Counted from the first letter of the stretch, positions 35,386 through 45,755 are shown. The stretch is DNA of 64,000 nucleotides from an uncultured cyanobacterium (GCA_963703315.1 OY969811.1:3488001-3552000); one strand, 5' to 3'. The notes: generated by a model not told the origin, from the letters alone. A program made the numbers and translations.

Positions 35386-38300
35386 TTATTGATGAGATCT
35401 CACTTGCAGTAAGGCTTTTTCTAATTTGGCAAGGTCGATGGGTTTGCTGATGCAAGTATTTATGCCTATGGCTGCATATCGCTCTCGATCTTCTGGCAAC
35501 ACGTTTGCGGTCACAGCGATGATGTAAGGACGCGAGGCACGATCCCACTCTGCGACAATTCTTTGGGTTGCGGCGATTCCATCTAGTTGAGGCATTTGGA
35601 TATCCATTAAAATGACATCGTAGTGTCTTTCGCGTAGTTGAGCTATGACCTCTAACCCATTACGAGCAATGCTAGGTTCATATCCTAATCTTTGCAAAAA
35701 TTTCTGGATTAGTAATTGATTATATTGAATATCCTCTGCCACCAAAATGCTTAATGGCATATTTGAGGCTAACTTTACTTTATTGACGATCGCGGCTTCC
35801 TCCAGCACATGAATCATTTGCGAAGAATTGGATTCAGGAGTTAATAAAGCGATCGCTTCTTCTAAAGGTACACTCAGGGCTGGTTCTTGATTGTCGATTA
35901 ACAACTCAAAGCTAAAGGTACTACCCATACCAATCTGGCTGACAACGATGATTTCACCGCCCATTTTTTTAACTAGACTTTGGCTAATTGCTAAACCTAA
36001 CCCTGCACCTTGAGGTTTTGCTTCGGCTTTGCCTACCTGCTCAAATGGTAAAAATATCTTACTCATCTCTTCTGCGCTCAGCCCTACACCTGTATCGGCG
36101 ATCGCAAATCTAATTAGTTGCTTAGAAATGGCTTGGTGATCTGACTGACTCACAGTCACTGAAAAGGTAATCGTGCCAGTAGCAGTAAACTTAATGGCAT
36201 TGCCGAGCAGATTGAGGATGACTTGTCTTAACCGTTTTTCGTCAGCATAAATAGTTTCAGGGAGATTAGGATCAAAATAAGTAGTCAAGTTAAGATTCTT
36301 TTGGACAGCCTTGATGCAAATCATCCCCACTGTGACTTCTAGAAAATTTGCTAGAGATAATAGATTCGGCTCCATCTCCATTTTGTCGGCTTCAATTCTA
36401 GAAATGTCGAGCAGATCTTCAATCAGTGAGAGCAGATGTTCACCCGACTGACTGATAATTTCTAGATATTGTTGAGACTCAGGATTTAAATTAGGGTTGT
36501 CTTGGAGAATTTGAGAAAATCCCATGATAGAACTGAGAGGAGTTCGTAATTCATGACTGATATTACCTAAAAATATACTTTTAGCGCGGTTGGCAGTAGC
36601 ATAGGCAGTCATCGCTTTGGATAGTTCTTGATTTTTTGTAATTAATAGTTGTTTTTGCAGCTTGCGTTCAGTAATATCTTCGATCGCGATCAAAACCATT
36701 TTGCCAATATTACATTGATCAATTTGACAAGCATTGAGCAGCATTGTGCGTGTACCCAGCTTCACGAAGTTCTGCGTCACTTCATAGTCTTGGACAGAAA
36801 TATCCAACATTAGAATCTCATTTAATAGCGATCGCAATTTCGGAATATTCCAATCTCCATTCCCCAATGCAAAAATTGATTGTCCTTCCGTTTGATGCGG
36901 ATACATTTGAAAAATTTGATAAAAGGCGCGATTTGCGGTGATTACCTCTAGCTCAGCATTGAGTACTACTAAGGGCTGCCGTAAAGTCTCAATGATCGCT
37001 GTCGCATAATTGCGTGATGCCTCTAAGTCAATGGTGCTACGCTTGAGAGAATCAATATCAATTAAGCTAATTACGACTCCATCAATGCGATTGTCGGTAG
37101 TCCGATAGGGACGGATTCTCAGGCTATACCAATATCCTGAATGATCCTGTACATCCTGCTCATAGGGAATTAGATGGTCGATTACATCGGTCACCAAATT
37201 TCTAATATGCTGCACATCTAGATTAATCTGAATATCGCTAAAGGGTCGCCCGACATCACTAGGAATCAGATTAAATGCTTGCTCCGCCATTGGGGTAAAT
37301 CGGCGAATCCGCAAATCCCCTGACAGCATCAAAATCGGGATATTCACACTGCTGAGCAGATTTTGCATATCGTTATTGATTTGATGTAACTGTACATTGC
37401 GGCTGCGTAATTCATCATTAACAGTGCTTAATTCTTCATTAGTCGCTTGGATTTCTTCTTTAGCTGTTTCCAGTTCCTCATTAGCACTTTGCAACTCCTC
37501 ATTACTGGACAAGATCTCTTCGCCAGCCACTTTCAGGTCTTGGTTATTAGCTTCTTGCGTCTCAATGATCGATCGCAAATATTCCTTAGTTTTCTCTAGC
37601 TCATGGGTGAGCCGTACTACTTCCATATCGACTCTATTCGCTTGGGCTTTGCGAGATTTGACCATGGCATTCACATTTGCAGGTGAGAGCATGATGGGCA
37701 TAGGACGACTCTCAAATAGCACTAAAAAGAACTGCTCGCTATTTGATTTTAAGGGAATCACATCCAGTCTGACCAGAAGCCCTTGCTGCATCTCAATTCC
37801 ATCTCTAGAGATCGGCAAATCTTCTTTTTTGGCATTGTATACCGCCGCTTGCAACTCTATTCGCAATTCTACCCGCGCCATTTTTAGCAAATTTAGGCTC
37901 GCTTTCCCGGGAGATGGTTCGAGATAGAGGCTAGTCTGTCCTCGAAATTGCAAAATCTCTAACTCGGAGTTAATCAGCACCCCCACAGGGGCATACCGAC
38001 TTAGTACGACCTGATCGGCTAACTGTTCTAAATTGGTTTCCACAGGGTCTTCTTTATATTTGGCTAAATTGACAGGCTCTCTCTTATATGTACTTTTGAC
38101 AAAGTTAAAATGCATCCGTGACGGTGTGAGTTTGCTCTTATAAATGCGATTCTTTTTGTCAACGCTCGCAAACAAATCTCCCGCATTGCCAATCCCCTCC
38201 GCACTACCCAACATCAAAAAACCATCGACATTCAGTGCATAGTGAAAAATCGGCATCACTTTTTTCTGAAGCACAGGTTCTAGGTAAATGAGCATATTGC

Positions 38301-39657
38301 GGCAACTGATCAGATCTAGTCGCGAAAATGGTGGATCGCTAGTCAAATTTTGCCGCGCAAACACGCATAACTCTCTGACTATTTTGCCAATCTGATAACC
38401 TCCTTTGACAGGTGTAAAAAAACGCCGTAATCTTTCTGGAGAGACATCTACCAGCAAATTCTGCGGATAAATCCCCAATCTTGCCTTGTCGATTACGTTG
38501 TCACTAATATCGGTCGCAAAAATCTGAATGGGATTTTTAATCGGATGATCGGCAAAGAATTCTAATAAACTAATCGCGATCGAATATACTTCTTCACCCG
38601 TAGCGCAACCTGCTACCCAAATCCGAATTGGCTCATCCGATGATTTGTGTTGACAAATTGCAGGAAATACCAATTCTTGTAAAGCTCTAAAAGAGTCAGG
38701 ATCACGAAAGAAGCTAGTCACATTAATCAAAATGTCATTGTATAGGGCTTTAACTTCGCTAGGATGCTCTTGCAAATATGTGGCATAGTCTTCTAGTTTT
38801 GATAGATTAAGCAAACTCATACGGCGCAGAATCCTGCGTCTGATTGTACCTTGTTTGTAGTTGCGAAAGTCTGCTCCCATCGCATTTTGCAACAGTTCAA
38901 AGATGATTTGCAAAGTATCTGGATTTTCTGCAAAAACTAATACTGATTGGTCATCAGGTTCATAGATAGTAATTGCAGTAGTCATTGCACTATCGCTATT
39001 GCTCCCCTCATCACTTTCTCTTTTGCCGAGGCTAATATTTACTAGTTCCGCCGCAATTTCCAAAGGCGACAGCACAAAATCTACATAGCCCGAAGCGATC
39101 GCAATCATTGGCATGGTCGGAAATTCCGATGAGGCAAGATCTTGAGCAAAGGTAGTTCCCCCCGCCGCCTTAATTTCTCCTAAGCCGACAGTGCCATCTT
39201 CATTGTTTCCCGATAAAATGACGGCGATCGCCTGATCTCCGCGATCGATGGCAAGAGAACTAAAAAATCCATCAATCACCATATACTTTCCACGCACCTG
39301 CTGGCGAGGTTCTAGCCTCAAGATTCCCTGCTCTATCGTCATTAAAGTGTTCGGCGGAATGGTATATACAGAATTGGGCATGATTTTCATCCCTTCCTCT
39401 GCTTCATTCACAGGCATTTGCGTAGTATTTCGCAAGATTTCACTTAACTGGCTATCATATTGAGGCGATAAATGCTGCACCAACACAAAGCCCATACCTG
39501 TATCTTCTGGTAAGTTTTGTAGTAATTGTGTAAATACTTCTAATCCACCTGCTGACGCACCAATGCCGACAATTAAAAAATTCTGGTGCAAATCTGGCTC
39601 TGAGTCTATTTCAGAGAAGCTAGATGCATCTAAATTTGAGTTTGGCTCATAAATCAT
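35386..39657 (-). CDS. Hybrid CheB/CheR-PAS-histidine kinase-receiver protein
   Basis: GASAGG (CheB); INVTSFFRD, WVAGCATGEE, SCRNMLIY (CheR); EELQSANEELETAKEE coiled coil; SHELRTPL; NLLGNAIKF; GLGLAI; LMDIQMP. Confidence 0.93.
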   Translation of the reverse strand: MIYEPNSNLDASSFSEIDSEPDLHQNFLIVGIGASAGGLEVFTQLLQNLPEDTGMGFVLVQHLSPQYDSQLSEILRNTTQMPVNEAEEGMKIMPNSVYTIPPNTLMTIEQGILRLEPRQQVRGKYMVIDGFFSSLAIDRGDQAIAVILSGNNEDGTVGLGEIKAAGGTTFAQDLASSEFPTMPMIAIASGYVDFVLSPLEIAAELVNISLGKRESDEGSNSDSAMTTAITIYEPDDQSVLVFAENPDTLQIIFELLQNAMGADFRNYKQGTIRRRILRRMSLLNLSKLEDYATYLQEHPSEVKALYNDILINVTSFFRDPDSFRALQELVFPAICQHKSSDEPIRIWVAGCATGEEVYSIAISLLEFFADHPIKNPIQIFATDISDNVIDKARLGIYPQNLLVDVSPERLRRFFTPVKGGYQIGKIVRELCVFARQNLTSDPPFSRLDLISCRNMLIYLEPVLQKKVMPIFHYALNVDGFLMLGSAEGIGNAGDLFASVDKKNRIYKSKLTPSRMHFNFVKSTYKREPVNLAKYKEDPVETNLEQLADQVVLSRYAPVGVLINSELEILQFRGQTSLYLEPSPGKASLNLLKMARVELRIELQAAVYNAKKEDLPISRDGIEMQQGLLVRLDVIPLKSNSEQFFLVLFESRPMPIMLSPANVNAMVKSRKAQANRVDMEVVRLTHELEKTKEYLRSIIETQEANNQDLKVAGEEILSSNEELQSANEELETAKEEIQATNEELSTVNDELRSRNVQLHQINNDMQNLLSSVNIPILMLSGDLRIRRFTPMAEQAFNLIPSDVGRPFSDIQINLDVQHIRNLVTDVIDHLIPYEQDVQDHSGYWYSLRIRPYRTTDNRIDGVVISLIDIDSLKRSTIDLEASRNYATAIIETLRQPLVVLNAELEVITANRAFYQIFQMYPHQTEGQSIFALGNGDWNIPKLRSLLNEILMLDISVQDYEVTQNFVKLGTRTMLLNACQIDQCNIGKMVLIAIEDITERKLQKQLLITKNQELSKAMTAYATANRAKSIFLGNISHELRTPLSSIMGFSQILQDNPNLNPESQQYLEIISQSGEHLLSLIEDLLDISRIEADKMEMEPNLLSLANFLEVTVGMICIKAVQKNLNLTTYFDPNLPETIYADEKRLRQVILNLLGNAIKFTATGTITFSVTVSQSDHQAISKQLIRFAIADTGVGLSAEEMSKIFLPFEQVGKAEAKPQGAGLGLAISQSLVKKMGGEIIVVSQIGMGSTFSFELLIDNQEPALSVPLEEAIALLTPESNSSQMIHVLEEAAIVNKVKLASNMPLSILVAEDIQYNQLLIQKFLQRLGYEPSIARNGLEVIAQLRERHYDVILMDIQMPQLDGIAATQRIVAEWDRASRPYIIAVTANVLPEDRERYAAIGINTCISKPIDLAKLEKALLQVRSHQ

Positions 39658-40030
39658 TAGCTTCTCTTTTTGGATATTTGAATCGATAAGTTAGTTCATT
39701 ATAAGAAACCTAATAAATATACAGATCCCTGACTTTTTCTCGTCACGCAAAAACTATTTGCCAATTCACAAAAAAATTGGGACTCTTAAAACCTATACTT
39801 TTTAAGTTTTCTGATGACTAGCTACTTTGAATCCATAATAACATACTTTCACTAAAAACTCATTAAATTTAATAATTTCTTTGATCCCCAGCCCCTACAT
39901 CTTGATATATCACTATAAAAATTCATTTAATCTAACAATTTCTGTAATCTCAATAATCCACCACACTGCCCCCGCAAAAAAATCATTTAAATAAGAATAT
40001 ATTTAAGATCCCTGACTTTTTCTTTAAAAA

Positions 40031-40205
40031 GCTATGGTGTACACACAAGTCACGAAAACCAAGAACTAAAGTTCTTGGCTCAAAGCTAAAGTCAGTTGAA
40101 ACTGACTAATTCCTAAAACCCAACCCGTTTCAACGGGTTTTAGCTTTCAGCCCGCAATTTATTGCAGGGTATTTAGGGAATTTAGACTTGTGTGTACACG
40201 GCAGC
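40031..40205. mobile_element. MITE-like element with GTGTACACACAAGTC TIRs carrying the same four-hairpin cassette as 32282-32432
   Basis: GCTATGGTGTACACACAAGTC...GACTTGTGTGTACACGGCAGC; followed by a CTTAAAAAGGGG...CCCCTTTTTAAG...GGGGGATC repeat (40206-40263). Confidence 0.8.
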
Positions 40206-40279
40206 CTTAAAAAGGGGAGAGAATTTTCTTCTTCCCCCTTTTTAAGTGGGATTGAGGGGGATCATTTAGTCACTAACAA

Positions 40280-40861
40280 TTAAGAGAGAATATCGCTTAC
40301 CTTAATTTCCACTGCTTCAACTACTCCACTTTTAATCAAAGCATCCCCTTTATAAATGGCTTCTTCATAAAAGCCTTCAACTAAAGATAAAACGGTAATC
40401 TGACTTCTAATTGGATCAACAATCCAATATTCAGCAATTCCTCTCGCCGCATACTCAGAACGCTTAAAGCGATAGTCTCGCGATTCATTTTCATGTCCAG
40501 CCGATACCACCTCGATCGCTACTAATGGCGGCGGCATATCGAAAGTAATCGTTCCCCTTGTGGTAGTTTCTAGCGCAATTCGGCATTCTTCGCCCAAGAT
40601 TAATAAATCAGGAATCCTAACCTTAGCTCTACGTCCAGTTACTTCAATGCAAACTTCTTTGTAAGCTAACAGATGAGAGGGAATGAACTTCACTAAAGCA
40701 AATAACATTCTTCTAGATACATCAGAGTTAAAAACTGATTCTGGCGGCATTAAAACTAATTCTCCATCCACTAGCTCATAGCGATTTTCAGTGCCATCGT
40801 CATAGGCATAGTAATCTTCAAAGGAGAGATACTTGACTTGTGGCGGAGTAGTTTGAACCAT
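40280..40861 (-). CDS. Uma2-family endonuclease
   Basis: [42 protein letters not shown]. Confidence 0.92.
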   Translation of the reverse strand: MVQTTPPQVKYLSFEDYYAYDDGTENRYELVDGELVLMPPESVFNSDVSRRMLFALVKFIPSHLLAYKEVCIEVTGRRAKVRIPDLLILGEECRIALETTTRGTITFDMPPPLVAIEVVSAGHENESRDYRFKRSEYAARGIAEYWIVDPIRSQITVLSLVEGFYEEAIYKGDALIKSGVVEAVEIKVSDILS

Positions 40862-40894
40862 GCATCTAATTCCATTCGCTTAGTACATATTACG

Positions 40895-40939
40895 CTAAAA
40901 CTTGAGTTGCGGTGCGAAGCACTGCAACTCAAGTTTTAG
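40895..40939. repeat. REP-like palindrome / terminator
   Basis: CTAAAACTTGAGTTGCGGTGC-GAA-GCACTGCAACTCAAGTTTTAG. Confidence 0.78.
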
Positions 40940-40942
40940 GTT

Positions 40943-42082
40943 TTACTTACCTGATGCAATAATTTTACGCATAACTGACTCTTGAGCTTCAATGCTCTCT
41001 AGTAAACGAAACTGAACTAGCGATCGCTGTAAATTGTGTTCAGGATACTGAATGTGAAAATAAACATTTCCTGCTAAATAATCTGTAAAAAAACGCAAGC
41101 CTAACTCAAAGGTAATCACCCGCACTGCATCGTAAATATAGGCATAGTCATATTCCGTTAAAAACGATCGCGCGATCGCTAAATATCCCTGTAAAATCCC
41201 TTCACAGAGTTCCGTATCAAATACCACGCTTTCCCATTGTTCGGCATCTTCACCCAGAGGATTGCAAGCCGATCGCAAACAATCACCGATATCGTAATGC
41301 ACTAGTCCTGCTTTGATCGTATCTAAATCAACTACACTCAGCGCCAAATTAGTTTGGCGATCAAACAAAATATTATTCACTTTGGGGTCGCCATGCATAG
41401 TTCTCAAAGGTAATTTCCCTGCCGCCTTCGCATCTTCTAAAAGATATGCCAAACCCTTGTGATCATCGATCAATCTCAAACAATAATCGACTTCAGGCGA
41501 TCGCTTGATCATTTGCTTGCTAATTTCCTTGTCAAGAATTTCCTCATATTGCTGTAAATAGCGTGGCGTAATGTGAAACCCTTCGAGAGTGTCAAATAAT
41601 TGCTCTGGTGCTAAATCACTCGTCAAGTGATGAAATATCCCCAGTGCATAGCCAACTTCTTGGGCTTGTTCTCTATTCGTGATCGCATCAAAGGATTGCG
41701 AATTTTCAATAAAACTCAGCGATCGCCAAAATTCACCGCTATCAGTTTGCCAATGGTCTTTTCCCTGCTTGGTTAGTAACACTTGAGGAACTTCCCATTG
41801 GCGATCAAGAGGATGTTTGGCAAGGCGATCGCGCACATGATTGCTATAAATCAGCATATTTTGCATGACCATTTTTGGCTCACGAAACACATTGGTATTG
41901 ATGCGTTGTAAGACAAAATGCTTAGATTCTATACCTTGCAAAGTTACTAAAAAAGTATCATTAATATTGCCACTACCAAAGCTCTGAACGTTAGCAATCT
42001 GGGCTTGCTGGGTAAATTTGGCACTAATTTCTGTAAGCTGATTGATACTCTGATTTTGCTTAAATTTGTTAGTTTGATCCAT
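40943..42082 (-). CDS. Aminoglycoside phosphotransferase-family kinase (N-acetylhexosamine 1-kinase-like)
   Basis: FGSGNINDTF, LQRINTNVF, HGDPKVNN, DLDT, RFFTDYL.G..YF. Start taken at ATG 42082; the ORF extends to 42127. Confidence 0.85.
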   Translation of the reverse strand: MDQTNKFKQNQSINQLTEISAKFTQQAQIANVQSFGSGNINDTFLVTLQGIESKHFVLQRINTNVFREPKMVMQNMLIYSNHVRDRLAKHPLDRQWEVPQVLLTKQGKDHWQTDSGEFWRSLSFIENSQSFDAITNREQAQEVGYALGIFHHLTSDLAPEQLFDTLEGFHITPRYLQQYEEILDKEISKQMIKRSPEVDYCLRLIDDHKGLAYLLEDAKAAGKLPLRTMHGDPKVNNILFDRQTNLALSVVDLDTIKAGLVHYDIGDCLRSACNPLGEDAEQWESVVFDTELCEGILQGYLAIARSFLTEYDYAYIYDAVRVITFELGLRFFTDYLAGNVYFHIQYPEHNLQRSLVQFRLLESIEAQESVMRKIIASGK

Positions 42083-42159
42083 GATTTCTGATAATATCGG
42101 AGCTAATAAATTGGTGCTGTCAACCAATTATTATTAACCGTCGCCTAATCAAAAATTGC

Positions 42160-42705
42160 ATGAAAGTAGAAATCACCGCAATTCCTGATGTTTTATTGAT
42201 TACACCCAAAGTCTTTGCAGATGCGAGGGGTTTTTTTTATGAGTCCTTTAACCATCAAGTATTTGCTGAAAAAACAGGACTAAATATCGAATTTGTTCAA
42301 GATAATCATTCGCGATCGCAAAAAAATGTTTTGCGGGGATTGCATTATCAAATTGGGAAGCCCCAAGGCAAACTGGTTAGAGCTTTAGTGGGAACAATTC
42401 AGGATGTTGCCGTTGATTTACGCAAAAGTTCACCAACATTTGGTAAATCCGTAAGCTATATTTTAAGTGCTGAAAATTATCAGCAACTATGGATTCCCGC
42501 AGGATTTGCTCATGGGTTTGCAGTGTTGTCTGACGTAGCGGAAGTGGCATATAAAGCCACCGATTACTATGCCCCTACGGAAGATCGTTGCTTACTGTGG
42601 AATGATCCTGATGTGGCGATCGCATGGCAACTGGAAGAACCACCAGCTTTGTCTGCTAAGGATGCTGTCGGCAAATTATTGAAAGAAGCAGAGTTATTTG
42701 TATGA
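42160..42705 (+). CDS. rfbC: dTDP-4-dehydrorhamnose 3,5-epimerase
   Basis: DARGFFYE, QDNHSRS, LRGLHYQ, GFAHGF. Confidence 0.96.
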   Translation: MKVEITAIPDVLLITPKVFADARGFFYESFNHQVFAEKTGLNIEFVQDNHSRSQKNVLRGLHYQIGKPQGKLVRALVGTIQDVAVDLRKSSPTFGKSVSYILSAENYQQLWIPAGFAHGFAVLSDVAEVAYKATDYYAPTEDRCLLWNDPDVAIAWQLEEPPALSAKDAVGKLLKEAELFV

Positions 42706-43730
42706 CCTCAGAAACATCTCCAGAAACATTCCAAAAAGTACTCGTCACAGGTGGAGCAGGTTTTATCGGCTCTAACTATGTGCATTACGCGCTTGCCCAT
42801 CATCCCACATGGGAAATCGTGGTTTTAGACAAGCTCACCTATGCAGGCAATTTGGATAATCTCAAAGATGTCAGCGATCGCATTACCTTTATTGAAGGCG
42901 ACATTGCTAATCCTGAAGATGTAGACAAAGCTGTGAGTGGGGTGGATGCAATCCTCAACTTTGCGGCTGAAAGCCATGTCGATCGCAGTTTACGTGATCC
43001 ACGTCCCTTTATTGAGACTAATATCACAGGCACATTGCTCTTACTAGAAGCGGCGAAAAAATATCAAATCAAACGCTTTCTCCATGTTTCGACCGATGAG
43101 GTTTACGGTGATTTAGTCGGCAGCGATCGCCATTCCTTAGAAACCGATCCGCTATCGCCACGCAGTCCCTACGCCGCATCCAAAGCAGGTGCGGAACATC
43201 TGGTTTTTTCCTACGGCATTAGTTACGGATTAGATGTGGTAATCACACGCGGTTCTAATACCTATGGACCTTATCAATATCCTGAAAAAATTATTCCTCT
43301 ATTTGTCACCAATGCCCTAGAGTCCAAACCTTTACCGATTTATGGTGATGGTTCCGCCGTCCGCGACTATCTCTACGTGGAAGATCACTGCTCTGGCATT
43401 GATACAGTGTTACACGCTGGCAAGACTGGTCATGCTTACAACCTCGGTGCAAGGGTAGCCATTAATGGCATCGAAGTTTCCAAAACCGTTTTAGGTTTGC
43501 TCGATCTCCCTGAATCCTTAGCCCAATATGTCACTGATCGCCCCGGACATGACTATCGCTACTCCGTTGACCCTAGCGCCACCGAAGCCTTAGGTTGGCA
43601 ACGTCAATGGGACTTTAAGCGGGGCATTGCCGAAACCGTTACTTGGTATCAGACCAATACAGATTGGTGGCAAGCCGTCAGAGAGAAGAAGGCATTCCAA
43701 GAACATTACAACCAGTGGTATGCAAAATGA
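42702..43730 (+). CDS. rfbB: dTDP-glucose 4,6-dehydratase
   Basis: TGGAGFIG, DKLTYAG, AAESHVDRS, STDEVYG, YAASK, DRPGHD. Confidence 0.96.
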   Translation: MTSETSPETFQKVLVTGGAGFIGSNYVHYALAHHPTWEIVVLDKLTYAGNLDNLKDVSDRITFIEGDIANPEDVDKAVSGVDAILNFAAESHVDRSLRDPRPFIETNITGTLLLLEAAKKYQIKRFLHVSTDEVYGDLVGSDRHSLETDPLSPRSPYAASKAGAEHLVFSYGISYGLDVVITRGSNTYGPYQYPEKIIPLFVTNALESKPLPIYGDGSAVRDYLYVEDHCSGIDTVLHAGKTGHAYNLGARVAINGIEVSKTVLGLLDLPESLAQYVTDRPGHDYRYSVDPSATEALGWQRQWDFKRGIAETVTWYQTNTDWWQAVREKKAFQEHYNQWYAK

Positions 43731-44617
43731 GTAATGCCCCAAAAGTTACTCTCAAGGTTGCCCTAATTGGTGCAAATGGTCAGCTAGGCTCAGATATTGC
43801 CAGTCACTTCTCCCAAAGCGATCGCTATGAACTCACGGCGCTAACTCGTGGTGACATTGACATTACCCAGCCTGAAGTCTTGCAGCGTGTGTTGACCAGT
43901 CAAAAATTTGATGTGGTGATCAATAGCGCCGCCTACGTGCGGGTTGATGACTGCGAACAGGAAGTTAAAACTGCCCTTGATGTCAATGCGATCGCCGCCT
44001 TAAATATTGCTAGAGCCAGTCGTGATATTGGCGCTCTTTCGGTCTATATCAGTACCGACTATGTTTTTCGTGGCGATCAAGCCGATCCTTACTCTGAATC
44101 TAGTCAGCCCGATCCGATCAATATTTACGGCACATCCAAACTCACAGGCGAGTATCTCGTCCGCCAAACGACACCAAAATCTCTTATTTTGAGAATTTCC
44201 AGTGTCTTTGGTAAAGCTGGGGCAAGTGGCAAAGGTGGCAACTTTGTGGAAACGATCATCAAAAAAGCTAAGGCAGGCGATCCGCTCAAGGTAGTCAACG
44301 ATATGTTCATGTCACCGACCTATACCTACGATGCGGCTAGACTCTTAGACGCATTGTTGCAATCGGACACCACAGGAATTATTCACGGTGCGAATATTGG
44401 TCAATGCTCATGGCATGAATTTGCAACTCAAGCGCTTAGCCTTGCCAATATTTCCCATCCGATTGAGGCAATTCCTGCTTCGACCTTTCCCACCAAGGCT
44501 AAGCGACCAATGAACTCAGCGCTAGTTAGCGATCGCCTCGAATCTATTACCACTTTTAAGATGCGACCTTGGCAAGAAGCCTTAACCGCCTATCTCACCG
44601 AAAAGTCCTATCGTTAA
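43727..44617 (+). CDS. rfbD: dTDP-4-dehydrorhamnose reductase
   Basis: GANGQLG, AAYVRVD, STDYVF, YGTSK, RPMNSAL. Start at ATG 43727 overlaps the rfbB stop. Confidence 0.93.
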   Translation: MSNAPKVTLKVALIGANGQLGSDIASHFSQSDRYELTALTRGDIDITQPEVLQRVLTSQKFDVVINSAAYVRVDDCEQEVKTALDVNAIAALNIARASRDIGALSVYISTDYVFRGDQADPYSESSQPDPINIYGTSKLTGEYLVRQTTPKSLILRISSVFGKAGASGKGGNFVETIIKKAKAGDPLKVVNDMFMSPTYTYDAARLLDALLQSDTTGIIHGANIGQCSWHEFATQALSLANISHPIEAIPASTFPTKAKRPMNSALVSDRLESITTFKMRPWQEALTAYLTEKSYR

Positions 44618-44640
44618 CTAAAAGAGGAAAATCAAAACCG

Positions 44641-45714
44641 ATGAAAGCTTTAATCCTCTCTGGTGGTAAAGGCACAAGACTCCGCCCACTTACCTACACA
44701 GGTGCTAAACAACTAGTACCTGTCGCCAATAAACCAATCCTTTGGTATTGCATCGAAAGCATCGTCGCGGCAGGTGTTACCGATATTGGCATCGTCATCA
44801 GTCCTGAAACTGGTGAAGAAGTTAAAAACAAAACGGGAAACGGCGATCGCTTCGGCGCAACCATCGAATATATCCTCCAAGATCAACCCGCAGGGCTAGC
44901 CCATGCCGTCAAAATCTCCCAATCATTTCTTGGTGACGATTCTTTCATCATGTTTTTGGGCGATAACCTGATCGAGTCTCAACTCAATACATTTTTGGCA
45001 GATTTCACCAAAAAGCAACTGGATGCCCTAATTCTATTACGCCAAGTTGAAGATCCCACTGCCTTTGGGGTTGCCACCGTTGATGCCAGTGGTAAAGTAA
45101 TTCGACTCGTCGAAAAGCCCAAACAACCTGAGTCAAATCTGGCTCTAGTCGGTGTTTATTTCTTTAAAAACACAATTCATCAGGCGATCGCCGCGATCGC
45201 TCCCTCCGCCAGAGGTGAGCTCGAAATTACTGATGCGATCCAAAAATTAATCGATACTAACCAAAAAGTTGAAGCTGCTGAACTAGAAGGCTGGTGGCTA
45301 GACACAGGTAAAAAAGACGATATCCTTGCCGCTAATCAAATCGTCCTTGATGCCAGACTCAAATCCAAAAATCTCGGCGAAGTCGATGCTGACAGTAATA
45401 TTAGCGGGCGAGTCTCAATTGGTGCTGGCTCTAAGGTAATTAGCTGCAAAATTCGTGGTCCTGTGATCATTGGCGACAATTGCCATCTTGAACACGCATA
45501 CATTGGTCCTTACACCAGCATTAAAGATCGCATTACGATTATCGACACCGATATCGAACATAGTGTGATCCTTAGTGATAGCAATATTACAGGTATTCAC
45601 CAACGCATTGTCGATAGTGTCATCGGTCAAAGAGTCCGCATGAAAGTATCACCCAAACGACCTCAGGCATTACGCTTTCTTGTTGGTGATGATTCTCAAC
45701 TTGAAATAATGTAG
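44641..45714 (+). CDS. rfbA: Glucose-1-phosphate thymidylyltransferase (long form)
   Basis: LSGGKGTRLRP..AKQLVPVANKP, EKP, RGELEITD, WLDTG. Start taken at ATG 44641. Confidence 0.93.
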   Translation: MKALILSGGKGTRLRPLTYTGAKQLVPVANKPILWYCIESIVAAGVTDIGIVISPETGEEVKNKTGNGDRFGATIEYILQDQPAGLAHAVKISQSFLGDDSFIMFLGDNLIESQLNTFLADFTKKQLDALILLRQVEDPTAFGVATVDASGKVIRLVEKPKQPESNLALVGVYFFKNTIHQAIAAIAPSARGELEITDAIQKLIDTNQKVEAAELEGWWLDTGKKDDILAANQIVLDARLKSKNLGEVDADSNISGRVSIGAGSKVISCKIRGPVIIGDNCHLEHAYIGPYTSIKDRITIIDTDIEHSVILSDSNITGIHQRIVDSVIGQRVRMKVSPKRPQALRFLVGDDSQLEIM

Positions 45715-45727
45715 AAAGTGATTTCAA

Positions 45728-45755
45728 GTAAGGGAAATTCATGAATTTCCCTTAC
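45728..45755. repeat. Short REP-like palindrome
   Basis: GTAAGGGAAATTCATGAATTTCCCTTAC perfect palindrome. Confidence 0.65.

Noticed and set aside
35163..35548. Short minus-strand ORFs around the kinase/CheB junction
   Set aside because: They are translations of REP palindromes and overlap real genes.
37397..37927. 176-aa plus-strand ORF
   Set aside because: Antisense shadow of the coiled-coil region of the CheB/CheR hybrid gene.
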